Of a DNA stretch of 32,000 nucleotides, positions 10,447 through 19,928 are shown piece after piece. The DNA lies in contig NZ_AP012549.1 in the NCBI RefSeq assembly GCF_000829235.1, positions 810,001 through 842,000 on the forward strand, written 5' to 3'. Numbering within the stretch: the first letter of the stretch is position 1; each line of letters opens with the position of its first letter. Under the pieces are notes generated by a model. It was given only the letters and a program-made list of their open reading frames with translations, was not told where the DNA came from and made no database searches. The DNA is from a cyanobacterium endosymbiont of Epithemia turgida isolate EtSB Lake Yunoko (lineage in GTDB: Bacteria > Cyanobacteriota > Cyanobacteriia > Cyanobacteriales > Microcystaceae). The translations under genes were made by a program, and so were the position numbers.

Positions 10447-12963
10447 ATGACAAGACAGCTAAACATATTAGGAACGGGTAAAATTATCCCAACCGCATTG
10501 CATATAGAAATGCAGCGCTCTTATCTTGAATATGCCATGAGCGTTATTGTCGGGCGGGCTTTACCTGATGTTCGTGATGGACTTAAGCCTGTTCACCGAC
10601 GCATTCTTTATGCCATGTATGAATTGGGATTAACCCCTGATCGCCCTTTTCGTAAATGTGCTAGGGTAGTTGGAGATGTGTTAGGAAAATATCATCCCCA
10701 TGGTGATCAGGCGGTGTATGATGCCCTGGTGCGGATGGTACAAAATTTTTCGAGTCGTTATCCTCTCCTATCAGGTCACGGAAACTTCGGGTCGGTGGAT
10801 AATGATCCTCCCGCGGCAATGCGCTACACGGAAACACGACTGGCCGCTATTGCTGATCGCGGTCTTTTAAAGGATATTAGCGATTCAACTGTCGATTTTA
10901 GTAAAAATTTCGATAATTCTCAACAAGAACCCGTTGTTTTACCCGCTCAACTTCCCATTTTACTCCTCAATGGGTGTACCGGAATTGCTGTAGGGATGGC
11001 GACAAGTATCCCCCCCCACAATTTAGGGGAATTAGTTGATGGATTAATTGCTCTAATCGATAACCCTGATGTTTCTGATGAAAAGTTATGGAAAATTATT
11101 CCTGGACCTGATTTTCCTACTGGAGGGCAAATTATCAACACAAACGGCGTTAAGGAAGCTTACGCGACTGGACGTGGCATAATTCCTATTCGGGGAGTAA
11201 CTCGGATTGAAACCTTGAATGTGGGACGACGACGACGCAAAGAACGCACCGCTATTATCGTCACAGAATTGCCTTATCAAGTCAATAAGTCCAGTTGGAT
11301 TGAGAAAATGGCTTCTTTGGTTAACCAAGGAAATCTAGAGGACATTGCCGATATTCGGGATGAGAGTGATCGCACTGGAATGCGCGTTGTTATTGAATTA
11401 AAACGGGATGCTAACTCCAATACTGTCTTGAAAAGACTTTATAGAAAGACTGCTCTACAAAGTAATTTTGGGATGATTTCATTAGCTTTAGTGGATAATA
11501 AACCCTGTCAACTTTCCTTGCGTCAGTTATTAGAAGAATTCTTAAAATTTCGAGAACAAACCCTAAAACGGAAATATAGCTATGAGTTGAAAGAAGCACA
11601 AAACCGTGTCGATTTATCGAAGGGTTTATTAATAGCCCTCGATAATCTTGATCAGGTTATTGATATTTTGCGAAATGCTGCCGATGGAACTACTGCTAAA
11701 TTCAAGTTTAAAAAGGAATTAGAAATCAGTGATGCTCAAGCTAACGCTATTTTAGCAATGCCAATGCGTCGTCTAACAGGGTTAGAAAAGCAAAAGTTAC
11801 AGGCCGAATATCATAAATTACAAACTCGTATAAATGAATTACAAACTCTATTAAATGACCGTAATGAACTATTAAAAACGCTTAAGAAAGATCTGCGATC
11901 ACTAAAACGTAATTTTGGTGATCCTCGTCGTACTAAAATAGTTACTCTCCCCAGAGACACGAAAGCTCAATCAACGAAAAGTGAGCTTAAAACCAAATCA
12001 TCTTTCTCTAAACAAGAGAATAATTTAGAAAAAAAATCACAATCTTCGGAGTTGCCCCAAACATTAGGCTTCTTTTCTTGTCAAAAACCCCCTGAAGATG
12101 CAATTTTAGAGATTACCCATAATAGTGAAGTAGCTTGGCGATCGCCTGGAAATAAAGGACTCGAGCACCTTGTTTATTCTGCAACCATTGGACGACAAAC
12201 CAAGTTAATAGTGATTACCGATGCCAGCAAAGCTTATCCTCTCACCGTATCGGAAATTCCTCCTGTTACAATTCAATCAGTTTCTCTGTTGAGTCTTTTG
12301 GTGAAAGTGAAGCAAAAAGATGTAAATCGGGTTATTTATTCAGGTTTTCTACCTCAAAATTTAGAAAATCAAGATTTATTATTATTAACTAAACTCGGAC
12401 GCATTAAACGCATTGCCATGTCCCAATTGACCCGTTTAACTAATCGAGGATTAATGTTAGTAAAGCTTAAGGATGGTGATTATCTTGACTATGCTTGTCC
12501 TACTCAAGAAGGACAAGCAGTAGTGATTGCTACGTCAGGAGGGCGTGTATTACGACTGTCAGTTACTAATGGGATGATTGGCGTAATGGGACGAAATACT
12601 CAAGGAAATCAGGCTTTAACATTACGCTATGGAGAAACTTTAGTCGGTTGTGTCACTCTGAATATGGAGGAAGATATTCTCTTAATTTCAAGTCTTGGTT
12701 ATGGTAAACGCTTATCTTCAAAAGACATCAGAGTAGGAAAGTTGGGGGATATCGGTCATCAATGTCTACAATTTAAAAGTAAAACAGATGGTTTAAGGGG
12801 AATGATATTGACTAAAGACAAAGAAGAAATTACCTTACTTACCGATTACAACCGTTCTTTAGTTGTTCCGATTAGTTCAATTCCATTTTTGGGCAAAGAT
12901 GGCACAGGGGATAGGTTAGTCAAACTCCAATCAGAGGAAACAATTATTACTGTATTAAACTGA
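10447..12963 (+). CDS. gyrA: Type IIA topoisomerase subunit A (GyrA/ParC family), probably the second ParC-like cyanobacterial paralogue
   Basis: 838 aa. Motifs: [51 protein letters not shown], and the catalytic-Tyr motif AAMRYTE. A coiled-coil region follows, then a divergent beta-pinwheel C-terminal domain in which I find no GyrA-box (QRRGGKG-like) motif. Confidence 0.9.
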   Translation: MTRQLNILGTGKIIPTALHIEMQRSYLEYAMSVIVGRALPDVRDGLKPVHRRILYAMYELGLTPDRPFRKCARVVGDVLGKYHPHGDQAVYDALVRMVQNFSSRYPLLSGHGNFGSVDNDPPAAMRYTETRLAAIADRGLLKDISDSTVDFSKNFDNSQQEPVVLPAQLPILLLNGCTGIAVGMATSIPPHNLGELVDGLIALIDNPDVSDEKLWKIIPGPDFPTGGQIINTNGVKEAYATGRGIIPIRGVTRIETLNVGRRRRKERTAIIVTELPYQVNKSSWIEKMASLVNQGNLEDIADIRDESDRTGMRVVIELKRDANSNTVLKRLYRKTALQSNFGMISLALVDNKPCQLSLRQLLEEFLKFREQTLKRKYSYELKEAQNRVDLSKGLLIALDNLDQVIDILRNAADGTTAKFKFKKELEISDAQANAILAMPMRRLTGLEKQKLQAEYHKLQTRINELQTLLNDRNELLKTLKKDLRSLKRNFGDPRRTKIVTLPRDTKAQSTKSELKTKSSFSKQENNLEKKSQSSELPQTLGFFSCQKPPEDAILEITHNSEVAWRSPGNKGLEHLVYSATIGRQTKLIVITDASKAYPLTVSEIPPVTIQSVSLLSLLVKVKQKDVNRVIYSGFLPQNLENQDLLLLTKLGRIKRIAMSQLTRLTNRGLMLVKLKDGDYLDYACPTQEGQAVVIATSGGRVLRLSVTNGMIGVMGRNTQGNQALTLRYGETLVGCVTLNMEEDILLISSLGYGKRLSSKDIRVGKLGDIGHQCLQFKSKTDGLRGMILTKDKEEITLLTDYNRSLVVPISSIPFLGKDGTGDRLVKLQSEETIITVLN

Positions 12964-14236
12964 CTTAATTCCTTGTCGCGCTACTGTACTCAATGTTACA
13001 ATAGAAAAATTTTATGTTTTGTAGGATAAATTAAGCAAAGCCTTTATTATGAAAAGAGGATTTTCTCTACGATATAACCCGCTCTAATGGTTGACTATGT
13101 AGTTTGTACCGGGCTGTCAGGAGAGTCAACTTTACTAACGTGAGTTCGATTGAAGTTTGGGGAAAGCAGTTACTAATTTTGTAAAAATTATGTTCTGAGC
13201 AATGATGTTACTATGTTATTTTTTGCCAACTTGCAAAAAAAAATATCAACAAGTATTTTAAGTAACTATACTAAATTTTATTTTTTTTTATTTGAATGAG
13301 GATATCACAACAATCCAGTAAGACTTCTTCCATTTAATTAAATATCTTTCGATAGTAATGAATTCAAGTATCATATGTCAAAGTCCAGAATTTTTCTCTT
13401 TGTTCAAATTTTAGAGAGTAAGCTAACAAATATTATTTAGTAATTACTTCAGAAATTTTTTACTTTTTAATATGATGCTATCTGGCATTATCTTTTATTG
13501 ATAAGACTTATTTAAAGAATTAATTTTTTCTAAGTTGGTAGATAATCTTACTCATTTCCCCCATTTCTAGTAAGGTTATTCCTAATAAGAGCACTCTTAA
13601 CAAATCTAATATAGCTAACATTGATATTTTTTATCTTAAATTAGGTTATTTATCTTTAAAATACCTAAATTTAATCGTATATCCTTTTAATCAGAGATCC
13701 TTTTTCAAAGTCTTCTGAGATTCGACGATATACTAAAGAACTGCTGGAGTCACTTCTCGCTTATCTGGTGGATTATTGATAGACTTTGATTAAATGTTGG
13801 GATAAAGGCACTTTTGTATGGTGAATAGTTTCCATTGTACCAAAAATTCTGAACAAATCTCGTAAACAGTTGTTTTATATCTTTTTTTCTTCGATCTTCT
13901 ATCCCATTATTCTTTTAGATTTCTTTTATATTCCCAGACCTAAATTTTGGTTTTTTAAATTTTTTAACCTATTTGTTAGAGTACATCTTTGATGTTTTTT
14001 AACAAATTATCCTCTTAATTATAAAAAAATTTAAATACTTATTATTTCGTTTTAGTGAACTAATATACGGAATATTTTTCTAGAAATATTTTTTATCTAA
14101 ATTATATTTTTTTCCTATTAAGTAGTTTTTAATGGCTGGATTTAATCTTGCTAGTTATTAATAAAATATGAAGTAAAAATTTAGAAAACTAATTTATAAA
14201 ATTTTACTGTATAAAAATTATTTGATTGAATGGGTT

Positions 14237-14273
14237 AACGATAAATCTAAACAGTATGTTTAGATTTATCGTT
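14237..14273. repeat. Perfect 16-bp-arm palindrome (AACGATAAATCTAAAC agtat GTTTAGATTTATCGTT)
   Basis: Arms at 14237-14252 and 14258-14273 are exact reverse complements with a 5-nt loop. It sits in an ORF-free spacer. Confidence 0.9.
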
Positions 14274-14850
14274 TGAAAAATTAAAGTATTTAAAATTATT
14301 TAATTATTTTTTTTACTCGACTGATTGCTTATCCTTATTTATCTAAAAAATTTCTCTTACCTAATTAAAAATATAAAGGCTATTTGGACCGAACTTTTGC
14401 TGTTTCATGAAAACTGCTTTAGTCTTAATGACTGGCAGTCACTATTTCATATAATTGTTAACTTCGTTACATTTTAACTTACATATTGAGAATAAAAACT
14501 ATGTCTTCAAATATTATCAAACTAACACAGGAATAAATTTTAAGTCATACAATGATTGTTTCTAGCAGCAAACTAACAATCACAACAAACATTAGGATAT
14601 TGACTTTCTCTAGAAAACCTCCTCAAGACAGAATGGGGAAAGTAGACCAGGATATTGTCGATGTCCCCATATGATGTATTACCATCAATGTTATTCTATT
14701 TATGAAGCTGGTCCAATCATGTGGCATTTGTGTCAGTCACAATTGTATAAATCGGCTAGTGAAAGCTGCTCAAGAACTATTAAAGTGGACATCAGTTATA
14801 ACTCTAGTTGTTATTCACAAGTAGTAACCTTCAAAGAAAATCCACTTTTT

Positions 14851-16977
14851 TTAAAGCATAGGTTTAGCCATCAAAACTACAGAGGATTGCCCTCGAACAT
14901 GATAGCTGTTAGTTTTAACAGCATTACCTTCATCCAATTTGCAGAAGCTCTCGGATGAAGGTAATGCTGTGTCAATGATACGATGCCAATAGTCTCCGTG
15001 ATCTAAAACGGGCAATTCGAATTTCAGGGATTTCCAATAAGCATTTAGCATTACGTGCAAATGTTCATCCGCATCAGGATGGCGCATACTAAAAGCCAAA
15101 CAACGCGAATGGTAAGACCAGTCAGGGTGTCTTAGTTTGGTTCCATGCCAACTAATTTGAGGATGATAAAAATTTGTATAGGTGACTTCTAACCGTTGTT
15201 CTTGACGGAATAATTCTAACCCTTGGGTAAAGTGAATTAATTTTGTAACAAAACACCATAAATCAAATTGTCGATCCACATCATCCCAATCAAACCAGCT
15301 TAATTCGTTATCCTGGCAATAAATGTTATTATTTCCTTTGCTGGTTCGACTCACCTCATCTCCCATCAAAATCATTGGGGTTCCCTGGGAAATAAACAGA
15401 ATAGTCAGAAAATTTTTAATCTGTTGCAATCGTAAGACATTAATTTGAGAATTATCGGTTTCCCCTTCTACTCCACAATTCCAGCTTAAGTTATCATTGC
15501 ATCCATCACAGTTATTTTCCCCATTGGCTTCATTATGCTTTTCATTATAAGAAACCAAGTCATTAAGACTAAAGCCATCATGACAGGTAACAAAGTTAAT
15601 GCTAAGATTAGTGTCCATATCTATGCGGGGGTAAATATCAGGACTACCTATGATTCTTGCTGCTAAACAGGGAACAATTCCTAAATCTCCTTTTACAAAG
15701 CGACGAATATCATCTCGAAATGGTCCATTCCACTCAGCAAACCGGTCTGTTAATTCTACAAATCGACCTACATCATAGAGTCCAGCAGCATCCCAGGCTT
15801 CAGCAATAAGTTTAGTTCCCGCCAAGATAGGATCAGATTCGATTATCCATAATAAATCTAATGCCTGACGATCTTTAATGGGAGTCCCACTAGCATCCCT
15901 AGTCAAAATTGAAGCCAAGTCAAAGCGAAATCCATCAACATGCATTTCTGATACCCAGTAGCGTAGAGAGTCTACAATTAAACGGGCAACAATGGGATGA
16001 TTACCTCTAAAAGTATTGCCACAACCGCTATAGTTTTTATAATGGGCTAAATTATCAGCGTCTAGGATGTAATAAGTTGCATTATCTATGCCACGAAAAC
16101 AAAGGGTCGGTCCTCCTTCGTCTCCCTCTGCAGTATGGTTAAAAACTACATCCAAAATTACTTCAATTCCTGCTTTATGTAATGCTTTGACCATATCTCG
16201 AAATTCGTTAAGAGGTCCCAGAGAACTTTTGTCAGAACTATAGATGCGATGAGGAGTAAAAAAATTAATGGTACTATAACCCCAATAATTTGTTAGTCCA
16301 GATCTAGCATCTTCGCAGTCAAAATAGTGAACCGGTAATAATTCAACCGCCGTAATGCCTAAGCTTTTAAGATAGGGAATTTTTTCTATTAATCCGGCAT
16401 AGGTTCCCTTTTTGTCAGGTTTGACGTCAGAATTGGGATGACGGGTAAATCCTCTCACGTGCATTTCATAAATAATACTTTGAGAATAAGGAATGCGTAA
16501 TGGGTGATCGTCTTCCCATTCATAATTGCTGTTGTCAATAACAACATTCCGTAAAGCTTGAGCACAATTATCTCCGGATTGGAAAGCAGCATTACGACTG
16601 TAGATGGAAGATCCGACAATAGCTTTACCATAGGGATCTAAAAGAACTTTATTCGAATCAAACCGATGACCATTTTCCGGTTCAAATGGACCATGAACCC
16701 GATAAGCGTAAACTTGTCCAGCTGTTAAACCAGGTACGAAAATATGCCAATAATAGTGGGTGCGGTTTGTTTCTCGTTCCAAAACCAGGATATATGAGGG
16801 CTGAGGGGCGTTAGATTCCTTGAAAAGGAGCAATTCAACAATTCTGGCATGTTTGGAAAAAAGACAGAAATTAACGCCTGTTGGATAAACGGTAGCACCA
16901 AGAGGGTGACTTTCGCCAGGTAGGGTATTGAGGTCCATGGTACAATTTGTATTCCAGACGTTGTAGGAGTTACTCAC
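14851..16977 (-). CDS. glgX: Glycogen debranching enzyme (GlgX / isoamylase, GH13)
   Basis: 708 aa. It has GH13 conserved regions (DVVFNHTAEG, GFRFDLASIL, AEAWD, FVTCHDGF) and a GlgX-type N-terminus (PLGATVYPTGVNFCLFS). The start is either GTG at 16977 or ATG at 16938. Confidence 0.9.
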   Translation of the reverse strand: MSNSYNVWNTNCTMDLNTLPGESHPLGATVYPTGVNFCLFSKHARIVELLLFKESNAPQPSYILVLERETNRTHYYWHIFVPGLTAGQVYAYRVHGPFEPENGHRFDSNKVLLDPYGKAIVGSSIYSRNAAFQSGDNCAQALRNVVIDNSNYEWEDDHPLRIPYSQSIIYEMHVRGFTRHPNSDVKPDKKGTYAGLIEKIPYLKSLGITAVELLPVHYFDCEDARSGLTNYWGYSTINFFTPHRIYSSDKSSLGPLNEFRDMVKALHKAGIEVILDVVFNHTAEGDEGGPTLCFRGIDNATYYILDADNLAHYKNYSGCGNTFRGNHPIVARLIVDSLRYWVSEMHVDGFRFDLASILTRDASGTPIKDRQALDLLWIIESDPILAGTKLIAEAWDAAGLYDVGRFVELTDRFAEWNGPFRDDIRRFVKGDLGIVPCLAARIIGSPDIYPRIDMDTNLSINFVTCHDGFSLNDLVSYNEKHNEANGENNCDGCNDNLSWNCGVEGETDNSQINVLRLQQIKNFLTILFISQGTPMILMGDEVSRTSKGNNNIYCQDNELSWFDWDDVDRQFDLWCFVTKLIHFTQGLELFRQEQRLEVTYTNFYHPQISWHGTKLRHPDWSYHSRCLAFSMRHPDADEHLHVMLNAYWKSLKFELPVLDHGDYWHRIIDTALPSSESFCKLDEGNAVKTNSYHVRGQSSVVLMAKPML

Positions 16978-17282
16978 ATTTGGAAGTTTATCTTAAGTTT
17001 ACAGATGATTACTGTTTTGTTTAGTATCTTTTTAGATCAAAAATAAATCAAAATAGTCTAGATATTGTTAGTAATAATTACTAAATGATAATGAATGTCA
17101 GTTTTTGTACACCTAGTTTTTACCGAAAAGTACAAGTATAAAGACACAAACTAAACTGAGATAAATGATAATTGTGTAATATACTTGAATCTAAAGTAAA
17201 TCGCAATGTCTATTTTTCTTCAATTGCTGGGAAATACAATATTTTAACTGATTTTCCCCTAGAAATAACTAGGGGAATAGCT

Positions 17283-17723
17283 CTATGCTGATGTCTCTGC
17301 TTGCAATTCTAGAGCTTTCTTTTTCATTAATTGGAAAATATTATAAAATCCATTAGCACGGGAAGGAGTAAGGCTGACTTTTAACCCTGTATCTTCCATA
17401 AAATCAGGGGTAACTTGCAAAATTTCAGCTGGTGGTAAACCATTTAATCCCTCAATCAGAAAAGCAACTAACCCTTTGACCAATTGAGCATCAGAATCTC
17501 CCTGGTACCAAACCTTACCATCTTTCAGGTTAGCAGTAATGTAAACCTGAGAGACACAGCCTTGAACTTTATTTTCGGCTATTTTACTTTCTTCTGGCAT
17601 TGATTCTAGCTTTTTGGCATACCAGAGCAATTGTTCATAGCGCTTTTTGGGATCAGAACGCTGTTTAAATTTCTGGACAATCGCATCAAGGTTCGGGGGT
17701 AACGAGATTGGAAATGATGACAT
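17283..17723 (-). CDS. sufE: Cysteine desulfuration protein SufE (sulfur acceptor)
   Basis: 146 aa. It shows the SufE/BolA-associated family pattern (KRYEQLLWYAKKL..., the active-site Cys in VQGCVSQVY, and SDAQLVKGLVA). Confidence 0.9.
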   Translation of the reverse strand: MSSFPISLPPNLDAIVQKFKQRSDPKKRYEQLLWYAKKLESMPEESKIAENKVQGCVSQVYITANLKDGKVWYQGDSDAQLVKGLVAFLIEGLNGLPPAEILQVTPDFMEDTGLKVSLTPSRANGFYNIFQLMKKKALELQAETSA

Positions 17724-18143
17724 AATTCTAGTTTTTCAGTAGTAAACGTTATTTACATTAAATCTCACTATAACTATGCTACCTACTTCTGAGAACCTAT
17801 TATTATAGATTAATAACAGCAAACAGTTTCTAAATCTCTTTGAATAGATAAATTATTAGGATGTTTATCAAGAAGAACTTTACAAGAATTTAACTTAAAA
17901 TATAGAGATTTAAATCTTTACCAAAGAGGATTTTGTGAATTATAGATGGTGAAGTTCTCTCAGTATCTTTATAATTTTTTGTACTGGAAATAATAAGATA
18001 TTTTATGCTGAACACATATAGAACTGTAGGTTACAGAAATGCCTCAATATTTTCTTAAGAGAAGATGTTGAGAAGTTAGGGGTCGTCGAGATGATCTATT
18101 TTAACAAAATAGGCTGTAAGTATTTTATTGATAAATAATTATT

Positions 18144-18525
18144 ATGTCGAAAAGAAAAAAGCTCTTTCCGTGTGGTCATAGAGGATACGGTCAACGGTAT
18201 CACCGATGTGATCAAGCTAAAGTTGCCTAGAAACGAAAAAATAAGATAAAAATGTATGGGAAGACAGGTTCGATCAAGATCCCATTGATTTGAAAACCCT
18301 ACCTATAAATGTTGTTATTAAAGCCCGCAAAATTCTTAAATAATTAGCCAATCAAAGAAAATTATCGGGAATTTCATGGGAAGCGACTTAGGTATAATCG
18401 TTTTGTCATTAGTATACCTGTAACACGACAGTATCGTTTAATTTGTCATGTTACAGGGAAATTTACTAGTCCCAGAAACAGTCATTTCCCATGAAGAGTA
18501 TAATGTTTATAAATCTGGCCATTGA
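18144..18525 (+). pseudogene. Pseudogene of a small conserved-looking protein (Cys/His-rich N-terminus; C-terminal part vaguely RelE/ParE-like)
   Basis: A coherent peptide of about 127 aa can be read only by hopping frames. The pieces are MSKRKKLFPCGHRGYGQRYHRCDQAKVA* (TAG at 18228-18230), then VWEDRFDQDPIDLKTLPINVVIKARKILK*, then NYREFHGKRLRYNRFVISIPVTRQYRLICHV, then QGNLLVPETVISHEEYNVYKSGH*. This needs at least 3 frameshifts and 2 stops. The family assignment is not secure. Confidence 0.45.
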
Positions 18526-18619
18526 TACATAATAAATATCTAAGTTTTTTAAAATCGCTCTGATTGTTTAATCTTCAAGTCAGTTTTTTATCTTGCTTTC
18601 GACTATTCACTCTGGTGAA

Positions 18620-19804
18620 ATGATGCAAATTTATCTTGACTACAGTGCAACCACGCCCCCTCGCCTAGAGGTGATAACTAAAGTTCAGGAAATCCTAAGA
18701 CATCAGTGGGGGAATCCTTCAAGTTTGCATACTTGGGGACAGCGGACGGCTACCATCGTCGAAACTGCTCGATGTCAGGTAGCAAGTTTAATCAATGCTC
18801 CTAATGTTGACTCCATTATTTTTACATCAGGGGGGACAGAAGCCGATAACTTAGCTTTGTGGGGAATAGCCAAACAATACTCTACTCCCGAACACTTAAT
18901 TATTTCATCAGTTGAACATTCTGCTATCTCAGAAACTGCTAGACTTTTAAATCAAAGAGGATGGCAAGTGACAACATTATCTGTTAACCATCAAGGACGA
19001 GTTAATCCGTTAGAGCTTAAAGAGGCCATTCGACCAAATACAGTACTTGTTTCTACTATCTACGGACAAAGTGAGGTGGGAACAATACAACCGATTAAAG
19101 AATTGGCACAAATTGCTCGTTCGTCTGGGACACTTTTTCATACCGATGCCGTACAAGTAGCCGGTAGATTAGCCTTAGATGTGCAGAGTTTAGGAGTAGA
19201 TTTATTATCTCTCTCAGGTCACAAAATTTATGGAATTCAAGGAGCAGGAGCCTTATATGTGCGTCCAGGAGTGGAAATTTCTTCCTTATTGGGAGGTGGA
19301 GGACAAGAAAGAGGTTTACGCTCAGGAACCCAATCTGTTCCGGCTATTGCCGGGTTGGGAGTTGCCGCTGAATTAGCTGCCTCAGAAATGCAAGAGGAAA
19401 CACCCCGGCTAACGAGACTACGCGACCACCTTTTTGATCTGATGGCTGACTGTCCTTACCTGATTCCTACAGGTGACAGATTACATCGTCTACCTCACCA
19501 TGTAAGTTTCATTGTAACCGATCCATCAAGCAATGATAACCGAGAGCAAATAACTGGGCAAACTATTGTTCGCCAGCTGAATTTAGCTGGAATTGGTATT
19601 AGTGCGGGTTCGGCCTGTAACAGTGGAAAATTAAGTCCTAGTCCAATTTTATTAGCGATGGGTTATTCTAGGAAAGAAGGATTAGGGGGAATTAGACTCA
19701 CTTTAGGACGGGGAATTACCTTGGAAGATACTGAATGGACTGCTATAGTCCTAAAACAGATTCTTGATCGGTTAATGCAACCATTGGTTTTGGTGATACG
19801 TTAA
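18620..19804 (+). CDS. Cysteine desulfurase, NifS/IscS-type (class V aminotransferase, PLP-dependent)
   Basis: Motifs: IYLDYSATTP at the N-terminus, GGTEADN, the PLP-lysine motif LSLSGHKIYG, and the active-site loop SAGSACNSG. The likely start is ATG at 18620 or 18623 rather than the TTG at 18593 used by the ORF track. Confidence 0.9.
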   Translation: MMQIYLDYSATTPPRLEVITKVQEILRHQWGNPSSLHTWGQRTATIVETARCQVASLINAPNVDSIIFTSGGTEADNLALWGIAKQYSTPEHLIISSVEHSAISETARLLNQRGWQVTTLSVNHQGRVNPLELKEAIRPNTVLVSTIYGQSEVGTIQPIKELAQIARSSGTLFHTDAVQVAGRLALDVQSLGVDLLSLSGHKIYGIQGAGALYVRPGVEISSLLGGGGQERGLRSGTQSVPAIAGLGVAAELAASEMQEETPRLTRLRDHLFDLMADCPYLIPTGDRLHRLPHHVSFIVTDPSSNDNREQITGQTIVRQLNLAGIGISAGSACNSGKLSPSPILLAMGYSRKEGLGGIRLTLGRGITLEDTEWTAIVLKQILDRLMQPLVLVIR

Positions 19805-19928
19805 TTCGATAAAACTAACGTCTGAGAGTGTTAGGCTTTTTTGACTATAAATGAGGAGACTCGTAATGCATCCATAAAAGGATAGTTGTTATCTTGTTAT
19901 CAATTTACTGGTTAACAGTCAATATCTT

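Noticed and set aside
10947-11599. Three minus-strand ORFs (10947-11141, 11086-11328, 11411-11599)
   Set aside because: All are antisense to the conserved catalytic core of the GyrA-family gene.
13070-13160. Possible tRNA or structured RNA downstream of the topoisomerase gene (GAGTTCGATTG resembling a T-arm; GTTGACT...AGTCAAC stem)
   Set aside because: I could not fold a cloverleaf. There is no acceptor stem pairing, no D-arm consensus, and the T-loop motif is imperfect. A similar GGTTCGATC at about 18268 lies inside a coding relic.
14671-14958. 95-aa plus-strand ORF overlapping the glgX 3' end
   Set aside because: It overlaps the glgX C-terminus antisense, is otherwise in AT-rich spacer, and has no recognisable motif.
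19815-19842. Intrinsic terminator after the cysteine desulfurase gene (CTAAC..GTTAG followed by GCTTTTTTG)
   Set aside because: The stem is only 5 bp with a 10-nt loop. The T-run is good but the hairpin is too weak to call with confidence.
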